DNA of 64,000 bases from Candidatus Chisholmbacteria bacterium RIFCSPHIGHO2_01_FULL_52_32 (GTDB lineage Bacteria > Patescibacteriota > Microgenomatia > UBA1400 > Chisholmbacteraceae). The position numbers and the translations under genes are program-made. The stretch is from the NCBI GenBank assembly GCA_001816585.1, contig MHCJ01000003.1:426971-490970 (forward strand), written 5' to 3'. Each line of letters starts with the position of its first letter. The stretch's first letter is position 1. The notes beneath the pieces were generated by a model. The model had not been told where the DNA came from. It saw only the letters and a list, made by a program, of their open reading frames with translations, and ran no database searches. Shown one piece after another: positions 1-9,309 of the stretch.

Positions 1-512
1 TAAGGTTAAACACCCTAGCGGATGATCGTGTTGAGACAGTGCTCCCCTATTTACAGGGAAAAGTGCTTGATGTTGGCTGTGGAGAAAATTTCTTAATCAA
101 AGCCTGGGGAAATGGGATCGGTGTTGATATTTATCCTTGGAAAGGAGTTAATCTGATCTGCGATTCAACAACACTTCCATTTCATAGAGAAGTATTTGAC
201 ACAGTTACTTTCCTAGCATGTCTTAACCATATTCCTAACAGAAAAGCGGCATTGAAAGAGGCTTATAGAGTATTAAAACCCGGAGGAAAATTGATAATTA
301 CCATGTTATCGAAAAAAATCGGTTTCATTTGTCATAAAATGATATTTCATTGCGATCCGGATTTACGTAACAGGCATAAGGAAAAAGGAGAAGAATGGGG
401 TCTCAATGATTCTGAGATCTTTGACCTGTTTGAGCAGACAAAATTCAATAATTTCCAAACCTATAGTTTCGGTTTTGCCAATTTAAATAACTTATATCTG
501 GCTTGCAAATAA
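1..512 (+). CDS. Class I SAM-dependent methyltransferase (Methyltransf_11-like), 5'-truncated by window edge
   Basis: The reading frame stays open back to nt 1. Motif VLDVGCGENFL (SAM-binding GxGxG) and KPGGKLIIT (post-motif II). The ORF track starts at a GTG at 39, but the frame continues upstream. Confidence 0.75.
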   Translation, partial: RLNTLADDRVETVLPYLQGKVLDVGCGENFLIKAWGNGIGVDIYPWKGVNLICDSTTLPFHREVFDTVTFLACLNHIPNRKAALKEAYRVLKPGGKLIITMLSKKIGFICHKMIFHCDPDLRNRHKEKGEEWGLNDSEIFDLFEQTKFNNFQTYSFGFANLNNLYLACK

Positions 513-1631
513 TATTCTTTTAATAAACTCCAGATGAGAAATATTTGAGAAAGTCAAATAAATACGCAAGGTGTTTAACAGGTATAAACCGATTAAAATC
601 GCAACCAGCAAACCGCGGCGAAATTTTTTTCCCAGTGTTACACGATCAGACAAATTCAGCATCCCTGATGCGGCAAGCGGGAGCAGAATTACGAATAGAG
701 TAAAAGCAAATCTTGACATAGCGTAGGGCCATATAAAAATCGGCACCAGTAACCCAGTTGCAATGAGTATCATGAGTGAATTGTATTTTTTATTAAAAGA
801 ATATTTAAAAGCAGCAAAAATGATAAAAGGAATTATGTATAAAAAGGCTGAGACAAAAGAAAACAGGTGTTCCCTGACTGATGTTGCATGGTCTTGAATC
901 TCAGAACTTAAAAGAAACCAAGGGAAAAGATCAAGATTCACTTTAATCCAGGAATAGAAGATGAATAAAGGTAAAGAGGCACTGAGAATAAACAGGAAGA
1001 GCAGAGTTATTCGCTTGGCTCTTTTTATTTTTAACATGTAAGCAAATATTATCGGAAACAGAAATACCAAATTCATTTTAATAAGAGGAGCTAAACCGAA
1101 AATGATTCCATATAGGAAAAAAGCCGTGTTGTTCAGATGGTTCTTGCTGATGAGTAAGATCATCAAGAAAATCAACAATAATTCGAAAAACCATGTCAGG
1201 GAGTCCGGCATCACGGAAAAAGCGTAGTATTGGCTGTGGAAATCGATGAGGAAAAGGAGGGCTGCAATCGCAGCCACCTTGCGGTTGGTGAGCTTAAGAG
1301 CAATCCGATAGAGCAAAATCCCGCTGCCTACGAGGGCGGCGAGATTGAGCGGCAGATAAGCACCGGCAACCGGGATTCCGGTCGCCCATGAGAGAAGCGC
1401 AGCCGCTCCCGGAATCAGAGGATTTTGTAAGCAGTGGGGGTTGATACGCGATATTTCTTCCTGTCCGAGGAAGTATTCTCCGACAGCGATCCAGCAGGGA
1501 CTGTCTTCGGTTTCGCGAAAAGAGAAGAGGCTCAGATGGATGATTGAGACAAGGAGGGCAATTCCGACGAACGTAAACAGGGCTCTACTCTGTCTATTTT
1601 TTCCACCTTTTTTCCCGGCGAGGTTTTCCAT
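492..1631 (-). CDS. Polytopic membrane protein, putative GT-C-type glycosyltransferase (family uncertain)
   Basis: Many hydrophobic helices. The track ORF 492..1715 begins with TTG. I chose the internal ATG (MENLAGKKGGKNRQ..., a basic N-terminus followed by a TM helix) at 1631, which avoids overlap with the divergent gene at 1663. Confidence 0.5.
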   Translation of the reverse strand: MENLAGKKGGKNRQSRALFTFVGIALLVSIIHLSLFSFRETEDSPCWIAVGEYFLGQEEISRINPHCLQNPLIPGAAALLSWATGIPVAGAYLPLNLAALVGSGILLYRIALKLTNRKVAAIAALLFLIDFHSQYYAFSVMPDSLTWFFELLLIFLMILLISKNHLNNTAFFLYGIIFGLAPLIKMNLVFLFPIIFAYMLKIKRAKRITLLFLFILSASLPLFIFYSWIKVNLDLFPWFLLSSEIQDHATSVREHLFSFVSAFLYIIPFIIFAAFKYSFNKKYNSLMILIATGLLVPIFIWPYAMSRFAFTLFVILLPLAASGMLNLSDRVTLGKKFRRGLLVAILIGLYLLNTLRIYLTFSNISHLEFIKRILFASQI

Positions 1632-1662
1632 TTTCTCTTTTGTATCCTGATACAATACTACC

Positions 1663-2379
1663 ATGGCGCTTGCGCGACTCTTGGCGGTGTTCACATACAT
1701 CCTGAAGAAGCTCAACTTTCTTGATCTCCGCGTGTATTCTCTGGCTGGATTTTCCTCAGAGAAAAAATTCGATTATCAGCGGAGATATATCAAATTCCGT
1801 CTTACGAAAGACGCCCGAGTTCTTGACGTCGGAAGCGGAGGCGAACCGTTTCCGTATGCAACCTATCTTGTTGATCTCTACCCAGGTAAAACTCAACACC
1901 GATATAATGAACTTAAAACCAATAGAAAACCTTTAATCCAAGCATCTGTTGAACATTTACCATTTAAGCGCAAATCCATTGATTTTGCCTATTGTGCTCA
2001 TGTTCTTGAACATGTGGATGATCCTGCTCGTGCGTGTGAAGAGCTCATGCGTGTCGGCAAACGCGGATACATCGAAGTTCCTACCCGTCTATCCGACATT
2101 ATATTCAACTTCACCAAAATCCCGAACTTCCATCGATGGTATGTGAACAGGGCGGGCAACTCATTAATCTTTGTCGAATACTCGGACTATGAGCGCAGAG
2201 ATACCAGATGTAATGAGTTCTACCAATTCGCCCATTCACGATACGATAATCCTCTTCGGAGGATGTTCCGCAGGAATAAGGATCTGATTACCAATATGTT
2301 CATGTGGGACCAGCGGTTTTCCTATTATGTCTTCAGTAAAGACGGTGAGTTACTCTCCCGTTCAACGAATGGTATTTAA
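1663..2379 (+). CDS. Class I SAM-dependent methyltransferase
   Basis: VLDVGSGGEPFPYATYLVDLYPG and HLPFKRKSIDFAYCAHVLEHVDDP motifs typical of Methyltransf_11. ATG start. Confidence 0.8.
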   Translation: MALARLLAVFTYILKKLNFLDLRVYSLAGFSSEKKFDYQRRYIKFRLTKDARVLDVGSGGEPFPYATYLVDLYPGKTQHRYNELKTNRKPLIQASVEHLPFKRKSIDFAYCAHVLEHVDDPARACEELMRVGKRGYIEVPTRLSDIIFNFTKIPNFHRWYVNRAGNSLIFVEYSDYERRDTRCNEFYQFAHSRYDNPLRRMFRRNKDLITNMFMWDQRFSYYVFSKDGELLSRSTNGI

Positions 2380-3010
2380 CCACTTACTCTTTAATAGAAT
2401 CAGCAGTCTCTTCCGCAGGACGCGACATTCACCGGAAACTTCCGGAAAACCGGTCACAAAACTCAATCTCGGCTCAGGATCGAGGAAACTGAACGGTTAC
2501 TGCAATATCGATGTTTCGTCCCATGCCGATCTCCAACTTGACCTTGAGAGAGAGTCTCTACCGTTCCCTGACGAATCCATTGATACCGTTGTCTGTATCT
2601 CGGCGATCAATTACTTTACCCGCGATCGGGCGCTAGAAATCATCTATGACGTTTTCAGGGTTCTCAAGCCGGGAGGAGTTGCCAGGTTCGCGGTTCAGGA
2701 TCTTCGGAAAATCGCAAAAAAGTACGTTGAGCGTGATCGGGACTTTTTCTTCCAGAAGTTGGCTGACGGAAGAGAGCGTTTTGAAGGGGATACGATGGCA
2801 GACAAATTCAATGCGTGGTTTTACGGGTATCGAACTTCCCAGGGGAAGCATTGCAAATATTTCTATGATTTTGAATCGCTGGCGCTGCTTTTCCGAAAAG
2901 CTGGTTTTGTAAAGATCGAGGAAAAAAAGTACCGTGAGAGCCGAATTCCTAACATCAAAGATATTGATAACAGACCGGAACAGATGTTTTTTTTAGAAGC
3001 CGTAAAGTGA
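2369..3010 (+). CDS. Class I SAM-dependent methyltransferase
   Basis: KLNLGSGSRKLNGYCNIDV and VLKPGGVARF motifs. The ATG at 2369 (MVFNHLL) overlaps the upstream stop by 11 nt. An alternative ATG at 2327 would overlap 53 nt. Confidence 0.75.
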   Translation: MVFNHLLFNRISSLFRRTRHSPETSGKPVTKLNLGSGSRKLNGYCNIDVSSHADLQLDLERESLPFPDESIDTVVCISAINYFTRDRALEIIYDVFRVLKPGGVARFAVQDLRKIAKKYVERDRDFFFQKLADGRERFEGDTMADKFNAWFYGYRTSQGKHCKYFYDFESLALLFRKAGFVKIEEKKYRESRIPNIKDIDNRPEQMFFLEAVK

Positions 3011-4186
3011 ATGGACAACACTTTCACTTCCCTATTCCTAAAGACAAAGGAAACGCTCGTCAAGCACAAGCTTTCTTGGGCGTTTCGTTCCAGAGCCGGA
3101 CAAGCGGGTGCGGATTCTCTTCACCTTTCATCCGCGATGGAGTGGCTTAAAACTTCGCAAGACGGAAGTAAGGATTCCGGTATCTCTGCATATTTTGATC
3201 TTCTGAAGCATTCCTGGGCGTATTCATATCCGGAGACGACGGGGTATATTATTCCTACCTTTCTTGCCTACGCGGATACATCGCAAAAGTATGAGTTTGA
3301 GGAACGGGCGATCCGGATGGGAGATTGGGAAATTGCCGTCCAGCTCCCTTCCGGCGCTTGCCGGGCCGGTGACGTGCGCAACCGGTTTCCGCGCGTTTTT
3401 AATACCGGCCAAGTTATTTTAGGTTGGTGCTCTTTGTTTCGCCGAACCTCGGATCCGAAGTACCTGCGTGCGGCCGTGGATGCTTCCTCCTGGTTGGTTC
3501 GCGTTCAAGATGATGATGGGAAGTGGACACGTCATACATACCAAGGTCCCCGAACCTACCATGCACGGGTATCCTGGGCCTTGCTCGAGACGTATGCCCT
3601 GTCTGAAAGAAAAGTTTTCCTCAAGGCTGCCCAAAAGAATCTCTCTTGGGTCCTCTCACAACAAACGGACAATGGCTGGTTTCGAAACACCAGTCTTTCT
3701 GATCCGAACTCGCCTTGGACACACCTCATCGCCTACACCGTTCAGGGTCTTTTAGAATCTCACCGATTGCTTTCCAACTCAGCACTGTCTACAAACGTCT
3801 ATGCGGGTGCCAAGCGCGCCGCTTCCAAGCTTCGTACCGTATATGCGGCTTCGTCCTTTCTGTTACCTTCTTCGCTTGATGCCCGTTGGAAATCTTCTGA
3901 TTTGTATTCCTGCCTTACCGGAGATGCCCAGATTGCAGTCGTCTGGCTGAAACTCCATGCTACAAGCGGAGATTCAACGTATCGGAAAGCAGCTCTCCGA
4001 ATGATCGGGGAACTCAAGACGATTCAACGCGCCGATCATCGTGATCCAGCCTTACGAGGAGGTATCCCCGGATCTTATCCTGTTGATGGGGCGTACGCGC
4101 GCTACAAGCTATTAAGCTGGGCAACGAAGTTCTTTGCGGATGCATTACTGCTGAAGGCTAATTCTCGATTGGTGCTTGGAGGTTAG
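3011..4186 (+). CDS. (alpha/alpha)6-barrel protein with QW-like motifs (terpenoid-cyclase / prenyltransferase-like or AGE N-acylglucosamine-2-epimerase-like)
   Basis: The motif Q..D(D/N)GW occurs twice (VRVQDDDGKW and LSQQTDNGWF), and aromatic-rich helical repeats recur. The ATG follows directly after the upstream TGA. The family assignment is tentative. Confidence 0.4.
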   Translation: MDNTFTSLFLKTKETLVKHKLSWAFRSRAGQAGADSLHLSSAMEWLKTSQDGSKDSGISAYFDLLKHSWAYSYPETTGYIIPTFLAYADTSQKYEFEERAIRMGDWEIAVQLPSGACRAGDVRNRFPRVFNTGQVILGWCSLFRRTSDPKYLRAAVDASSWLVRVQDDDGKWTRHTYQGPRTYHARVSWALLETYALSERKVFLKAAQKNLSWVLSQQTDNGWFRNTSLSDPNSPWTHLIAYTVQGLLESHRLLSNSALSTNVYAGAKRAASKLRTVYAASSFLLPSSLDARWKSSDLYSCLTGDAQIAVVWLKLHATSGDSTYRKAALRMIGELKTIQRADHRDPALRGGIPGSYPVDGAYARYKLLSWATKFFADALLLKANSRLVLGG

Positions 4187-5431
4187 ATGACCAAAGCTGA
4201 ACGTTCACGTAAAAAATCCATCAAGGTACTGTTTCTTTTCCAGGGGACCACACACTATTACAATTTGGTACTCAGTAAGCTAAACAGTCACCCTGAGATT
4301 GATGTTTCGGATGTGGTGCCTACTGCGCCACAGAATTTGGGCGAAGGGGTCTACCAGACGCGCGAAGGCATTCAATTTACACTCTTTGAGCTTCCCGAGT
4401 ACAAGATCTTTCAACGCTACTATTTCTTCAAGGGATTTTTAACAATTCTCTTAAAGGAGCGGCCGCATATTGTCGTCACCACAAAAGTGTACCTGCGGGG
4501 TTTCTTTTACCATCTCCCGACCTTTCTTATCATGCGGCTGTTCGGCACCAAGCTCATCCTTAAGGACCACCCCTTCCGTTTCCTTCCGTACCCAGAAAGA
4601 CGGCAACGGATTCTCTTGAAGTTCCATGCCTTATCCTTCCGGACACCGGTCCTGGCTGCGAGAAGCGTATTGTCTTTGGCGCTTCAGCTCCTTTCCCTTG
4701 AAGAAGAACGACTGTTGTATCGTATGGTTGACGCTTTCGTGTGTTACATCGAAGATGCTTATGCCCTTTTCGGAAGTTACGGAGTTCCGAGGCAGCGCAT
4801 CTTTATTACTTATAACTCTCCCGATACCGACCATCTCTTCACCATTCGGAGGAAACTCGAAAGTCGGGTACCGAATATCACCCGGCACCCATACCGTGTC
4901 ATCCATGTGGGACGACTCATCCCGTGGAAAAACGTCGACCTCCTCATCCGAGCCTTCGGGCAAGTCAAGCGGCGGTTTCCGAAAGCGGAACTTGCGATTG
5001 TGGGCTACGGACCACAAAAGGAGGAGTTGCTGCGGCTGACCCGATCCCTCGGACTTGAACGGTCGGTGAAGTTTCTCGGTGGCATTTACGATTACACCGA
5101 TCTCGGGAAAACGCTTCTCGGTTGTTCAGTCTATGTGTTAGCAGGGATGGGCGGAATTTCGATTAATGATGCGATGGCGTTTGGGCTTCCGATCATCTGT
5201 TCAGTCGGCGATGGGACGGAGAAGAAACTTGTCCGTCACAGACATAATGGGCTGTTCTTCTCTGAAGGTAATGAAGATGATCTTGCTGAGAAGATCAACT
5301 ATCTTCTCGCACACCCACAACTCCGAGATAAGATGGGAAAACGGTCCACAGAGATCATTCGGAGTAAAATCAACATCAATACGGTCATTCGCGGATATCT
5401 CAACGCCTTTTTATATGCCACCCGCAAGTAA
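4187..5431 (+). CDS. Glycosyltransferase family 4 (GT-B, retaining)
   Basis: C-terminal GT1/GT4 signature HVGRLIPWKNVDLLIRAF...ELAIVGYGPQKEEL...GISINDAMAFGLPIICSVGDG...NGLFF. Confidence 0.8.
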   Translation: MTKAERSRKKSIKVLFLFQGTTHYYNLVLSKLNSHPEIDVSDVVPTAPQNLGEGVYQTREGIQFTLFELPEYKIFQRYYFFKGFLTILLKERPHIVVTTKVYLRGFFYHLPTFLIMRLFGTKLILKDHPFRFLPYPERRQRILLKFHALSFRTPVLAARSVLSLALQLLSLEEERLLYRMVDAFVCYIEDAYALFGSYGVPRQRIFITYNSPDTDHLFTIRRKLESRVPNITRHPYRVIHVGRLIPWKNVDLLIRAFGQVKRRFPKAELAIVGYGPQKEELLRLTRSLGLERSVKFLGGIYDYTDLGKTLLGCSVYVLAGMGGISINDAMAFGLPIICSVGDGTEKKLVRHRHNGLFFSEGNEDDLAEKINYLLAHPQLRDKMGKRSTEIIRSKININTVIRGYLNAFLYATRK

Positions 5432-6539
5432 AGAGCAGTACCGAATCCTGTCTGTGGTCGGAACCCGGCCGAACTTCATCAAGATTTCCCCGCTCCTTCG
5501 GGAGATGCATAGGTTCCCCGGGATTCAGCCTCTGCTCGTCCATACCGGTCAACATTACGACCGTGAACTGAGCCAGCAATACTTTTCCGACATGCACCTG
5601 CCTCCGCCCGACTTCGAGCTTGCGGTTCGTGAGAAGACCAATTCGCTTCAAGTGGCCAAGATCATCCAGCGCCTCGAACCTGTCTGTCATAAAGTGAAAC
5701 CTCACCTGCTGCTCGTCGTCGGGGATGTCAATTCGACGCTGGCCGGAAGCCTTGTCGGAACCTACCTTGGAGTCCCAATCGCTCATGTTGAGGCAGGGCT
5801 TCGTTCTTTTGACCGGACGATGCCCGAGGAAACGAACAGGGTTGTCACCGACCGCCTTTCCACCTTCCTGTTTACGACTGAAAAGAGCGCAAGTGTTAAC
5901 CTCCTTGGTGAAGGTGTGCCCCGCGAACGGATCTTTTTCGTCGGCAATGTGATGATCGATACCCTGTGTTCTCATCTGCCGCAAATTCTTCAATCTACTG
6001 TTCTCCGGCGCCTCGGTCTCAAGAAGAAACGGTACGCAGTCCTTACCCTGCACCGTCCTTCGAATGTCGACGACCGAAGACAGCTTGAGTTACTCATGAG
6101 AACGTTCGATCAGCTCTCAAAGAAGTTGCCTTTGGTCTTTCCTATCCATCCGCGAACCCGGGATAATCTTGTGAAATTCCGGCTTTCGGAACTTCTCGCA
6201 AATATTCGGGTGGTTGACTCACTTGCCTATTCCGATTTTCTGTTTCTGATTCAGAATGCCAAACTCGTCCTCACCGATTCAGGAGGGATTCAGGAAGAAA
6301 CGACGTACCTGAAGGTCCCCTGCCTCACCATTCGGGAAAATACCGAGCGTCCGGTAACTGTTCAGCTGGGGACAAACCGGATTGTCGGGACCACGCCAAC
6401 ATCCATTTCCAGGGTTTTCTCCGCGGTTCTCCGCGGCCCCGTTAAGCGGGGAAAAATCCCGCCTCTGTGGGATGGCAAAACCGCGTCCCGGATTGTGAAG
6501 ATCCTCCTTCACCATTACAATAGAGCCATTCGTCCATAA
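5415..6539 (+). CDS. wecB: UDP-N-acetylglucosamine 2-epimerase (non-hydrolysing)
   Basis: Motifs ILSVVGTRPNFIKISPL, HTGQHYD, LLLVVGDVNSTLAG and TDSGGIQEE. The track ORF start at 5166 is an out-of-frame overlap with the GT4 gene; the real start is the ATG at 5415 (MPPASKEQYRIL). Confidence 0.85.
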   Translation: MPPASKEQYRILSVVGTRPNFIKISPLLREMHRFPGIQPLLVHTGQHYDRELSQQYFSDMHLPPPDFELAVREKTNSLQVAKIIQRLEPVCHKVKPHLLLVVGDVNSTLAGSLVGTYLGVPIAHVEAGLRSFDRTMPEETNRVVTDRLSTFLFTTEKSASVNLLGEGVPRERIFFVGNVMIDTLCSHLPQILQSTVLRRLGLKKKRYAVLTLHRPSNVDDRRQLELLMRTFDQLSKKLPLVFPIHPRTRDNLVKFRLSELLANIRVVDSLAYSDFLFLIQNAKLVLTDSGGIQEETTYLKVPCLTIRENTERPVTVQLGTNRIVGTTPTSISRVFSAVLRGPVKRGKIPPLWDGKTASRIVKILLHHYNRAIRP

Positions 6540-6555
6540 GTACAGGACTCTTTCT

Positions 6556-7239
6556 ATGTTCTTAAAATTGCGTAAATCTCCGAAGCCTACCCGAGAATTA
6601 CCTTCCAGCGACTCTTCCGTCATAAAAAAGGTCCAAGCTTTTACCATGCTGTCTCCCGACAGATTGGGGAATCTGTTCCGCCTGGCGAGCGAACTGGTTT
6701 CCCGCTCCGTCGGCGGGGATTTTGTAGAGTGCGGGGCCTGCCGGGGAGGGAGCGGGGCTATTATGGCTTATATTGCCAAGGGTGAAGGTTGGAAGCGGAA
6801 GGTATGGCTCGTTGACTCGTTCATGGGGCACCCCGAACCTTCGAAAATTTCAGGCATCGACAGGGAAATCATGAAGGAGTGGGCGGGTACAATGATCGCA
6901 TCGCAAGCCGATGTCCGAAAAGCCCTGAAAACCGTTGGTGCGTACTCTGAGAAGCATATCCGCATCGTCCCGGGATGGTTTCAGGATTCTCTCCTTTCGA
7001 TAAAGATCCGAAAGATTGCCCTTCTCCACATTGATGCCGATTGGTACGACGCGACGCTGTTGTGCCTTGAGAAGCTCTATCCTTCTGTCGTTTCCGGCGG
7101 CTATGTGGTTGTCGATGATTACGATAATCCCTCCTTTCCCGGTGTCAAACAGGCGGTCAGGGAATTCTTTGCCGACAAAGCACATGAAATTTCATTCTCT
7201 TTTGAAGTCAGTCCGGCCCTGACAGTGAAGAAAGGTTGA
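6556..7239 (+). CDS. TylF/MycF-family SAM-dependent sugar O-methyltransferase
   Basis: GDFVECGACRGGS, LLHIDADWYDAT and GGYVVVDDY are hallmark macrocin-O-methyltransferase motifs. Confidence 0.75.
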   Translation: MFLKLRKSPKPTRELPSSDSSVIKKVQAFTMLSPDRLGNLFRLASELVSRSVGGDFVECGACRGGSGAIMAYIAKGEGWKRKVWLVDSFMGHPEPSKISGIDREIMKEWAGTMIASQADVRKALKTVGAYSEKHIRIVPGWFQDSLLSIKIRKIALLHIDADWYDATLLCLEKLYPSVVSGGYVVVDDYDNPSFPGVKQAVREFFADKAHEISFSFEVSPALTVKKG

Positions 7240-7244
7240 GGCCG

Positions 7245-8570
7245 ATGATATCTTCTCCTTTATCCGTGGTTCATTTCTCAACCTCCGATTCGCATGGCGC
7301 CCATCGCGCGACCTACCTTCTTCATCGTGCACTCCTGTCCAGTGGTGTTCAATCCGAGATGCTGGTCAAATTCAAAACGAATACTGATCCCAGCGTTTCC
7401 ATCGTGGGAAAGCCTACTTTTCCCGAACGGCTTCGAAGCTCCCTCGACCCCAAGAGTGCACTCGGTTCTTTCTACCTTGAAACCCGGCGCTCCCTGAGAA
7501 TACGTTTGGGGAAACCGATGCACTCGTTCAATGAGAACACCAACACCCTCATACTCCGGGATGCTCTTCCACACCTCAGCAAGGTTGATATCATCCTTCT
7601 CTCCTGGATTGACGGATTCCTTTCGACCGGGATGATTCGCCGTCTCTACGAACAGACGCGCGCGCCGATCATCTGGACGCTTATGGATGCGGAACCGGTC
7701 ACGGGTGGGTGTCATTACCCCGGCACCTGCCGGGGATACACGCGGCGCTGCGGGCTGTGCCCCCAACTTCCCTTGCGCAAGGAACAGGACCTGTCAAGGA
7801 AGAATTGGCTCGCCAAGTATGCCGATCTTTCGGATTTACCGATCACGTTTGTCGCTCCTTCGCGCTGGTTACGTAAGAAGGTGAAAAGCAGTTCTCTGTT
7901 CCGTGCACGCCGGGTTGAACACATCTTACTTTCCGTCGATACTCGCCTTTTCCGCACTGCCTCGAAAGAGGTGGCCCGACGTTCCCTTCAATTGCCTTCT
8001 GACAAACACGTCGTCTTCTTCGGCGCCCGTTCGATGGCGGAAGAACGTAAAGGCATGCGGTATTTTGTTGAAGCGCTGCAAATCCTGAAGGAGCGGCTGC
8101 GAAAAACGCGCTCCTTCCGACCGCAATCCGTCCTTTTGCTGTCAGCGGGAGAGCGGTTGCCGGATGTTGACTTCGGATTTCCTCTCAAACACTTCGGATT
8201 CGTGTATGATATGCGAACACTGGCGCGTTTATACCAGGCTTCAGATGTTTTCGCCTGTTCCTCGATCGAAGACGGAGGACCGATGATGATCAATGAGGCA
8301 ATCATGTGCGCAACTCCTACCGTTGCCTTTGACACCGGAGTCGCCCCCGATCTTATAACCTCCGGCGAACGCGGGTATGTCGCCAAGATTCGTGATGCGA
8401 AGGATTTTGCCCAAGGCTTGTATCGGTCTCTCACCCTTACGTCCCGAGGCAGTCCAAGCTTCACTGAAAAACGCTGCTTTCCCTTTTATCAGGCAAGGTC
8501 GTACCGAAAGCTCTTTTCCGAGGTAATCATCTCCCACTCCAAAGGACACCCAAATGAGAAGCACGCGTAG
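7245..8570 (+). CDS. Glycosyltransferase (GT-B, GT4-like) with Cys-rich insertion
   Basis: C-terminal domain SSIEDGGPMMINEAIMCATPTVAFDTGVAPDLI, with a CHYPGTCRGYTRRCGLCP Cys cluster. I chose the ATG at 7245 (MISSPL); the track start at 7236 is TTG. Confidence 0.65.
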   Translation: MISSPLSVVHFSTSDSHGAHRATYLLHRALLSSGVQSEMLVKFKTNTDPSVSIVGKPTFPERLRSSLDPKSALGSFYLETRRSLRIRLGKPMHSFNENTNTLILRDALPHLSKVDIILLSWIDGFLSTGMIRRLYEQTRAPIIWTLMDAEPVTGGCHYPGTCRGYTRRCGLCPQLPLRKEQDLSRKNWLAKYADLSDLPITFVAPSRWLRKKVKSSSLFRARRVEHILLSVDTRLFRTASKEVARRSLQLPSDKHVVFFGARSMAEERKGMRYFVEALQILKERLRKTRSFRPQSVLLLSAGERLPDVDFGFPLKHFGFVYDMRTLARLYQASDVFACSSIEDGGPMMINEAIMCATPTVAFDTGVAPDLITSGERGYVAKIRDAKDFAQGLYRSLTLTSRGSPSFTEKRCFPFYQARSYRKLFSEVIISHSKGHPNEKHA

Positions 8571-9306
8571 ATCATCACTGGATATCACCCACCTCCCTTG
8601 GGACTCGGAACTCTTCGGTATCAAGGTTTATCAAGTTTCGGAAAATGTCACCCTCACTCCCGCACGCCTGCCACGACTGATAAAGGAGCTTTTAGATAAT
8701 CAGGTTGATCTCCTCTACTATTTGCACGATGCCAAGCGCTCGCGGGACGTTTATACGCTTACCGCATCCGGGTTCCGATTCATCGATACCCGCATCGTCC
8801 TGAACATCGAGCTGAAGTCTGCAAAGATCACGGATACGGTGCCCTGGTTCCAACTGGTGAAGCGGAATGCAGGCCAAGTCAATCTCAAACCACTGATTGC
8901 CATGTCCAAAGATTTAGCCGCAACGAGCCGCTTCTCTGCCGACCGTCTCCTCAAAAAAACGCTGATCCTTAAGATGTATAAGACATGGATCCTCAAATCC
9001 CTGGAGTTTGAGATGGCGGATTACTGGTTCGGATTAGGAACCCCGTCCGATCCGTTTACCTTTGTTACGTTTAAGACCATTCGACCTGGCGAAGTTTCCC
9101 TTTCCCTCATTGCAACGCGGCGGGACTTACGAAGAAAAGGATACGGAAGCGCTCTTCTCCGCCATGCGTTCCAAGCCCTGCTTGCAAAAAAAGTGAATCG
9201 CGTCCGTGTCGGTATGCAGCTCACAAACACCAAGGCATTGGCATTCTATGAGAAAATGGGATTCCGCAGCGTTGGCAGCTGGTATATATTTCACTGGCAC
9301 CGCTAG
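8554..9306 (+). CDS. wecD: dTDP-fucosamine (4-amino-4,6-dideoxygalactose) N-acetyltransferase-like GNAT
   Basis: The N-terminus HLPWDSELFGIKVYQV resembles the E. coli WecD/RffC N-terminus. The C-terminal GNAT motif is GYGSALLRHAF...VRVGMQLTNTKALAFYEKMGF. It sits directly upstream of wecE. Confidence 0.65.
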   Translation: MRSTRRSSLDITHLPWDSELFGIKVYQVSENVTLTPARLPRLIKELLDNQVDLLYYLHDAKRSRDVYTLTASGFRFIDTRIVLNIELKSAKITDTVPWFQLVKRNAGQVNLKPLIAMSKDLAATSRFSADRLLKKTLILKMYKTWILKSLEFEMADYWFGLGTPSDPFTFVTFKTIRPGEVSLSLIATRRDLRRKGYGSALLRHAFQALLAKKVNRVRVGMQLTNTKALAFYEKMGFRSVGSWYIFHWHR

Positions 9307-9309
9307 TCT

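Noticed and set aside
1441-2146. Short + strand ORFs (1441..1650, 1721..1936, 1949..2146) and many other 60-170-aa ORFs across the window
   Set aside because: They are antisense or alternative-frame shadows of well-supported genes. They have no motifs and low-complexity or odd composition, and they overlap real CDSs completely.
5166-5414. N-terminal 83-codon extension of the wecB ORF in the track (MMRWRLGFRSS...)
   Set aside because: It lies wholly inside the GT4 gene 4187..5431 in another frame and has no epimerase homology. The conserved epimerase N-terminus (YRILSVVGTRPNFIK) begins right after the ATG at 5415.
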